Assembly (NCBI GenBank): GCA_963693365.1
Contig: CAVNZM010000005.1
Span: 9,342,334 to 9,406,333, forward strand
Direction of reading: 5' to 3'
Source of the DNA: Amoebidium appalachense
Taxonomy: Eukaryota; Protista; Ichthyosporea
DNA length: 64,000 nt
Below the pieces are notes generated by a model, which saw only the letters and a program-made list of their open reading frames with translations, ran no database searches and was not told the DNA's origin. This document shows positions 56,354-64,000 of this stretch, one piece after another; position 1 is the stretch's first letter; each line of letters opens with the position of its first letter. Made by a program: the position numbers and the translations under genes.

Positions 56354-56990
56354 TGTGGTGTAAGGGGGAGGAGGGGGGGGATCGAGGCACAAGTTTTTGA
56401 AATGGGTGTTGGCCCCTGGCAGGGTCACTGCATATCGGTGTGGCTCAGTGGGCCGGGCGTCCATCTCTTTCGCCGATCTTCTTTTCCTTACCACTTGAGA
56501 TTAACACTTAAAATTAAGGTTCAATACACACGATTCTTGCCCGGGAATGGATGCCATTGGGTTGCATGAGTTCCCTTATCCGGCTTCAAACTGAAGCTTA
56601 ATAAAGTTTTACGGTATTGTTGAATCATTTTTTTGAGTCAAAGAAAAGGACTCTTTATTTTCCGCTCTTTCACTCAACCCCCCCTCGAGTCCCCCCACCA
56701 CCACCACCACCACCCACCCTCCCCCCCACCAACCCAATCCGTCTACCCCCCCCCCCCCCCCCCTTTCCCCTCCGTCTATCCGTTAATCCATCCCCCCTTC
56801 CCCCCTTCCCCCCTTCCCCCCCCCCCCCCCCCCCCCCCGCCAACACCACCTCCCTACCTTTTCTTCCCTCTCTACCTCCCACAGTTTTCCCCGTCTCAAT
56901 CCCTATCTCTATATAATATCTCTTTGTCTTCTGTTTTGCTTTTCTTTTCTTTAAATTTCTTTCTGAGTTGAAGCTGGAAGTTTTTTTTTT
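55560..56990 (+). repeat. Diverged copy of the 41.7-43.1 kb repeat element, same orientation, plus a partial third copy
   Basis: GGCGCAGGAGCCTGAGTGAGAG (about 55665), GTCCAGCTAAAGTTT (about 55900), AAATGGGTGTTGGCCCCTGGCAG..GGCTCAG (about 56400), TTAAGGTTCA (about 56514) and TGTTGAATCATTTTTTTGAGTC (about 56620). Confidence 0.65.
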
Positions 56991-57659
56991 TTTTGGGTTT
57001 TTTTTTTTTTTTTTTTTTTGTGGGGGAGGGGGGGGGGGGGGGGGGGGGGGGAGGGGGGGAGGGGAGCGGGTGCACAATTGCAAGCCATCGTTGTTGGTGG
57101 GTCAATGCCCCATGGCCACAACACTATTTTATTACAACACCGTGGCACCACATGTATGCACATACATACACGGTAGCCTTCCATGAAAATACACAGCAGC
57201 TTTAAAAAAGGGCAAAAAACCATATTATTTACAATGGCTTTCATGCAATAATTCCCCTTGCATGTCGATTCCCAAGAAATGAACATCCCATATATGGCAA
57301 AAACCAATCAGTACATCGAATCTTACCGGAATCCACCAGCCGTGAGTCACTCCATGACGTCAGCAACTGACGTCATATTGACGTACACATGTTGTACCAC
57401 CGAGAAAGGTCTCAAGAATACAATGAGAGAGAACACAGGGCTAGAACCACCCAACAGTAGCTGTGAGATATGCAATTATCAAAGTCTGCACCGTACATGC
57501 AAATAAATCGGGAGACATATCACTGTTACTTTTTTTAGATGTTTGAAAACCTTTTTTAGATAAAGTTTCAAACTTTTTTTGGATGATTTTTAAAAAACTT
57601 CAGGTCAATAATACAGCTTCGGGCGACTGCAGACTTGAAAAGGCGCTACCAGAGACTTC

Positions 57660-58940
57660 TGCATCTACATCAAGATATTCACAGACTTACTGCAATTTAT
57701 TCACAAACTTATCACAAGATAAATATTCACAACCTTACTGCAAGATTTTCGCCAAAAAATCCACTCACGAACCCAACGTGCAAGATATTCACACACTTAC
57801 AGCAAGATATTCACAAACTAACTGCAAGATATTCACAAACTTACCACAAGACATATATTCACAACCTTTTGCAAGATTTTCGCTAAAATATATTCACAAA
57901 CCCCACGTGCAAGATATTCACACACTTACAGCAAGATATTCACAAACTTACCACAAGACATACATTCACAAACTTACTGCAAGATATTCACAAACTTACC
58001 ACAAGATACATATTCACAACCTTACTGCAAGATTTTCGCCAAAATATATTCAAAAACCCCACGTGCATTTTTCACACACACACAGCAAGATATTCACAAA
58101 CTTACCACAAGACATATATTCAAAACCTTACTGCAAGATATTCACGGCTTGCCACAACAAGATATATTTTCACAACCTTACAGCAAGATTTTCGATTACC
58201 AAAATATAATCACAGACTCGACGTGCAAGATATTCTTAAACTTACTGCAAGATTTCATGTACCAAAATATATTCACAAAAACTCCTGCAAGATATTCACA
58301 TACTTACCGTAAGACATTCGCAGAATGTGTAGGTTACTGCAGGACATTCAAATCAGAATCTACTGCAAGACTTGAAAGACAATAACAGTGCAAAATACTG
58401 AAAGACATTCACAGACTTCTCAAAAGACTTCCAAAGACTTACTGCAGGACAAGAAAAACTTTTCACCACACTGCAACGCACTTACTGAAAGGCTTTTACC
58501 ATCCTTCGACCAGGAGCTTTTTTGACCTAAACACTATGTGCACCGATAGGCACCCACAGATACTCGCTTTGCACCACACTTGAAGACATTCACAGACTTT
58601 GCACAAACATGTAAAACCCCTACCGGAATTATGCATCAACGTGTAAATCCCCTACAGAGTTTGCACCACCATTCAAGAAACCCTATCGAGACCTTGCAAT
58701 AAAATGCAAAACCCCTACAGAATTTGCACCATCAAACCCCTACCAGCACTTTCCACCACCATGTGAAACCCCCTACAGACTATCCAACTATCTTTAAAAC
58801 CTACAGACTTCGCAATTATCTGTAAAACCCCTGCGACCTTGACATTGTATGTAAAAAACCCCACATACCTTGCAACCATATGTAAAACCCCCCTACAGAC
58901 CTTGGGACCATATGTAAAAAACCCCCTACAGACCTTGCAA
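57660..58940 (+). repeat. Composite degenerate satellite: about 22-bp GCAAGATATTCACAAACTTACT units, then about 30-bp TAAAACCCCTACAGACTTTGCA units
   Basis: Many visible imperfect tandem copies; the switch between unit types is near 58500-58600. Confidence 0.85.
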
Positions 58941-59320
58941 CACTTCCCTCGCCATTCTCAACAACTCTTCATCCTCCCTCTCTCCAATTGCGCCTGATAG
59001 GTGCGGGTATTGCTGCAGAAGTGCTGACTTCATGGCTGGAAAAGTAACCGTGTTGCCAACTGTACGAGAAAAAAAGGGGAAAAAAAAAGAGAGAAAACCC
59101 AGAATGTTATTCAGACAACATCTTGTAAAAGTCCCCGTCCCACCCACCAACCTCAATCACCCCATATCCCACTCCCCCCTCCCCCCCTCCCCCCCCCCCC
59201 CTCCCCCTCTCCCCCCCTCCCCCCCCCCCCCCCCCCCCTCCCCCTCACCATACCTCACATGCACACACCACGACTACTACAACTGCCTTTCCCTATGTGC
59301 GCGAAACCCTTGTGAAACAT

Positions 59321-59358
<38 letters not shown>

Positions 59359-61348
59359 GGGGGGGGGGGGAGGGAGGGAGGGAAAGATAGACAGAGAGAT
59401 ATTGTGGAGGGGGGGGACTAGGAGGAGGAGGGAGGAGAGGAGGATCTAGGGGGGCAAAGGGGGGGGGGGGGGGGAGGGGGGGGGGGGGGGGGGAGGGGGG
59501 AGGGGGGGGGTTACTCACGTCTCCTCGCCACGCCTCTGAACACATTCTTTATTAATTCTTGGTTGCCATTTCGATTGAGATATGCATGGACCTGGGGGAC
59601 AACTACCGGAATATTGGGATTTGCCCTCTCCACAGCAACCTGGTTTAGGTTTCTGTTTGGAGCGAGGGCATGCTGGGCAGGGTTAACAGCAGGTGGGTTT
59701 TGCATCTGTAACAGTTGCTGCATCTGCATGTTTTGCTGTTGCTGCATCTGCATGTTTTGCTGTTGCTGCATCTGCATGTTTTGCTGTTGCTGCATCTGCA
59801 TGTTTTGTTGTTGCTGCATCTGCATGTTTTGCTGTTGCTGCATCTGCATGTTTTGCTCGTGTCAAACCTGTCCCTCCACCTCCACCAGAGTGCATTGTGC
59901 AATGTGGTTGTCATACGCCGAATTGTTTGCTTTGACAGTTTGTTTCAGGCGAGACACCGTCTTCCTCAGCTCTTTGTTTTCGTTTGCGAGCATGGTTATG
60001 TGTCTGGCGGCGTATTCGGTGAGGTGGGCGTTGAGCAAAGACCCCTTGACCCTTTCGGGGCAGCCGTCGACCGGGCACGGTCTCTCTGTGTCTTTGCACT
60101 CCGAGTAGTGTTCTGCGGAGCAACCAAGTATGTGTTAGAAAAAGGTTACGAAGAGAATTATAGCAGGAAAAATACGCAGGAGAATAGCATAGCCAAAACG
60201 CAGTTATGAAGACCGCATGTGTGTGTGCGTGCGCGGGCGCAGATGTGTGTGCATGAGTGCGCGTGTAAGAGTTCAGCGAGGCAGGGGCGCGGGGTCAGGG
60301 CAGAAAAAGGGGACGAGGGGGGAAAGGTGGGGAGGGGGAGGGGGGAGGGGGGGAGGGGAGGTTCTTATAAGAGTTTTGTCTATGTGCGTACTTGTAGGTA
60401 TGGCAATCTTGTACGGCGTGTGCGTACGTCGTTTTTTTAGATGTGTCCATCGAAGCCGGGGTCGGGGAGGGTTGGGGGGGGGGGGGGAGGGGTTGGGGGG
60501 GGGGGGGCTAGCCAGGGGGAGAGGGTGTAGTACGTGTGTTTTTGGGAGGGCCCGGGGGGGCTGGAGGAGGGGTGGAGGACATGCGCAACTGTTTGCTTTC
60601 TGCAAGAAACAGCGAAGGTAACCCCCCCCCCCCCCCCCTCCCCCCCCTTCCCCTTCCCCTCACATTCCTCCCCTCCCCCCATGCACCAGAAAGCCACACA
60701 CCAAAACGAGGGTGGAAATAAACATAGCGATCTGCTCAACACATCGAACGGAGGTCCGGAAGATTTGGGGATCATCTTGGGGAAGGGAAAGAGCGGGGGA
60801 GGGGAGGAGGGGGAGGTGGAGGGGCGAGGGGGAGGGGTGGGGGGGAGATAATATTGAAGAAGGGATTGAAACCCACCTTCATAGTTTCTCTTCGTGCAGA
60901 CTTGGCTGCAAATCTCACACAAAACAGTCGCGAAGATGCATGCCTTCGTGTGTGCCTCCAAAGCCTCCCTCAGCACCCTCTCCCCGCATCCTAGAAATAT
61001 ACATTTCACGCTCTGCTTGGGACATTTTGCAATATGCTCCTTCATTCCTCCGATTGTGGTGGTACCATCACATCCATTCTCCTTGTTGTTGCAGCTCAAC
61101 TCGAGATTGCGATGCATGCGCGCAAATGCCTTGGTGAGGGGTTTGGGTTCCTCCCCAAGTGGTCTCTTGTCCATGGGGCACTCTCGTTTTATTTTTATAG
61201 CCTCTTTTATGCATGCGACACAGAAAATGTGACCGCAATCACCTAGTTCGCGCGGTTCATCCAACCCGGGCACCTGGTGGCACACAGCACACAAAAACTC
61301 TTTGGCAGACGTTTCCGCTGAAAAACGGTCCAAGCCGTAACCTGGCAT
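58926..61348 (-). CDS. RING finger + TRAF-type zinc finger protein (E3 ligase-like) with coiled coil, (QNMQMQQQ)n repeat and a small helical C-terminal domain; exons 61348-60877, 60112-59519, 59059-58926; in-frame TGA at 59864-59862
   Basis: C3HC4 RING CAVC..CGHIFCVAC..CPMD; TRAF-type fingers C.NKENGC..EHIAKC, C.FLGC..HTKAC and CPVDGC..AHL; canonical phase-1 splice sites. The part after the TGA is uncertain. Confidence 0.75.
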
Positions 61349-62535
61349 CTTAGAAGCGCGTACGTATGGGTGGTTTTGTGTTGAGAAAATGGAATACTGT
61401 GCAAAGAGCCAAGAAGTATTGGCTCTTATAAGGATTGAAATACCCGAAAGGAAAGTTTTTGAAAGTGGAAAAAGTGTTTGCCCTCCTAACCTTGTGCAAA
61501 TCTATACAGGAAGCACATTGGTTCGACCCTTTACTCCTTCTTTAGGTAATGCACTACTGGTAAAGCTTTCTTTTACCAGAGTGTGGTATAGTTTCTTTCG
61601 CTGTGCGTGCCTTTAATGTGTTCACATCACGAACCCTTCAATGACAAGACGAGACAACACACGGTGACTGAGCTCCTGTGTGTACATGTTCCTGAAAGTG
61701 TTCAAGTCGGTGACTGACCATGATTACATCATCACTGGTAGATTTTGCCCCTCCTCTGACGTACCCAATCACAAGTGTTCCCGCCATATTAGAAAACTCG
61801 CATTATGATTGGCCATTGGAGGCCTTCTCGCTGCCTCGTGCTCCTCTCCGTGCCGTGAAGAATAGAAAACAAGGGTTCCGAAAACCTCAAAACAAAATAA
61901 AAAAATAAAAAAATAAAAATGAACGAATGCCCTCGCTAACAGTGTGCACCTCAAACCAAAAAACTGGGCAACGAATTTGAACTGCACAAGGAAGTGTGTT
62001 CTCGGGTGCTCGGGGCAATCATCTGTGAGTCGCCATGACGTGTATGTGGGTGTGGTATATGGGCGAGAGTTTGCAGGATGGGTGGCAAGTGGCAATGAGG
62101 ATCACAGTGTGTGAGTGCAAGGTGAAAGGGGAAAGATGCATGCTTTTGTAAAGGGGAAGTGGGGAAGGTTTGGGGCTATATGGGTGTGTGCACTGTGTAT
62201 GTCGTGTGTGTGTGTGTGCGTACATGTGTGTGTGTGCGTGCGTGTGTGCACGTGTGTGTGTGTGCGTGCGTGCGTGCGTGTGTGCGTGCGTGCGTGCGTG
62301 CGTGTACATTATGTGTGGGTGTGTGGGTGTTGGGTGTGTGTGTGTGCTTGTGTGTGTGCACGTGCATGTGTGTATTTGTATGCACATGTGTATGTGTTTG
62401 TGTGTTTGTATGTGTACGTGCGCGTGTGTGCGTGTGTGCATTTATGTGTGCACATGTGCGTGTGTTTGTCTCTGTGCATGTGTGCATGTGTGTGCTTGTG
62501 TGTGTGTCCGTGAGTATGCTTGTGTGTGTCTTTGC

Positions 62536-62634
<99 letters not shown>

Positions 62635-62699
62635 TGTGTTTGTGTGTACGTGTGTGTGACACTGTACATGAGGACCCAACCACATCGGCAGAGTCAACT

Positions 62700-62810
62700 T
62701 GCAAAAAGCAGAATTATTCTGCAAAAGCGGAATTATTCTGCAAAAAGCAGAATCACTCTGCAAAAAGCAGAATTATTCTGCAAAAGCAGAATCACTCTGC
62801 TTTTAGCAGA
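62700..62810 (+). repeat. About 20-bp tandem repeat GCAAAAAGCAGAATTATTCT, about 5 copies
   Basis: Directly visible. Confidence 0.85.
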
Positions 62811-62852
62811 ATCGGTATACCGTTCGTGCATCATGCACGTGAGACCGTGTGT

Positions 62853-62914
<62 letters not shown>

Positions 62915-63189
62915 TTGTGTCCTTGCGTGCGTGTATACGCCGTGTGTGTGTACGCGTGTGTATCATGTGTGTGTGCACGTGTACACGTGCGCGCATGTGT
63001 GTGCGTGTGTGTACAAGTGTAGTGACTACGTGTGTGTGTTTGTGTGTGTGCCGTACGTTGCATTGACATCCTTCCCTTGTTTCTAAATGTTTGTGCCATG
63101 TATGCAGCACGTGACGTGTGCGCCGCACTGCACACATACTCGCAGATTTGGTACATACAACATTGCGAGCCATTTATTCAAGAAGCATA

Positions 63190-64000
63190 TCACACTGCAT
63201 GATATATGAAAAGTTTATCACAAGACATATACAGATGTACTGTATCTGCTTACCAAAAGATATTCACAAAATCTCTGAAAGATTTCACAGGATTTGTAAC
63301 CCATTGCAGGACATCACCATTACAAGACTTTGCATCAGATTGCATAAATATTCGCAGACTTATTTTTCGACATTCACAGACTTTTTTTTAAGACATTCAC
63401 AGGCTTGCTGCACGACGCGTAACTTCTTAATTTTCACCGAAATGCAACACACTTGAAAAGATCTGAACCCATTACCAAGGAGCATTATTAGAATTTTAGC
63501 ACCACAGCGCAAGGAACCTATCTACAGTCAATTTACAACACACATTCACGGAGATTACACCACTGTGCAAGAAAAACACGTTAAACCCCCACAGAATTTG
63601 CAGCTATTGTGTTAAACCCCATAGAACCTGCATTCACATTTAAACCTACAGACACACATTCGCATGTAAAACCCATACGACTTTGCAGTTATGTAAAGCC
63701 CCTACAGACAATACCCCGGCTACAAACTTTGCAGATATTTGTAAAAACCCCACAAACTTTGCGAGTATATCATAATATATCATGTAAAATACACATAGGC
63801 TCATTTATATGTAAAAACCTCAGTGCCTCAGTGCCGATTTAACATCAACGTGTAGAAGCCCCTACAGACCTGGCAAGTATATGTAATAAGACCCCGAGAC
63901 TTAGCAAATAATAATAATAATAATAATAAACCCTAAGAACTTTCCTTTTTTTTTTTTGTCAAAGCGATCATGTCACAACCCATATGCATCATATGTAAAA
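63190..64000 (+). repeat. More degenerate copy of the composite satellite (AAGATATTCACA-type then AAACCCCTACAGAC-type units), running off the window
   Basis: Same motifs in the same order and orientation as 57660-58940. Confidence 0.7.

Noticed and set aside
57583-58209. 208-aa repetitive ORF
   Set aside because: It lies entirely within a degenerate satellite of about 22 bp; the open frame is best explained by low stop-codon content.

Overview
Eukaryotic, intron-rich genomic DNA. It is packed with poly-C/poly-G tracts and (CA)n/(CT)n microsatellites, so most entries in the ORF track are low-complexity artefacts. Splicing by hand recovers these genes: a secreted-type flavin amine oxidase (8 exons, +), GPANK1 (2 exons, -), a Dada-superfamily transposase-derived gene carrying a DEDDy 3'-5' exonuclease (-), an 18-exon GH85 endo-beta-N-acetylglucosaminidase (+), a head-to-head inverted pair of GH18 chitinases (left intact, right a pseudogene), and a RING/TRAF-zinc-finger gene set in satellite DNA (-). 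Between the chitinases lies an intact, intronless 1176-codon ORF fusing reverse transcriptase, RNase H and tyrosine recombinase. It is a DIRS-order retroelement with no visible gag and no visible terminal repeats. Other notable signals are a sense-strand C-tract just after most splice donors, three required GC-AG introns, an intron-resident repeat family, duplicated exon-end 'echoes' and several MITE-like inserts. The gene content suggests a unicellular holozoan such as an ichthyosporean, but this is only inference. All domain calls are motif recognition by eye; no searches were run.
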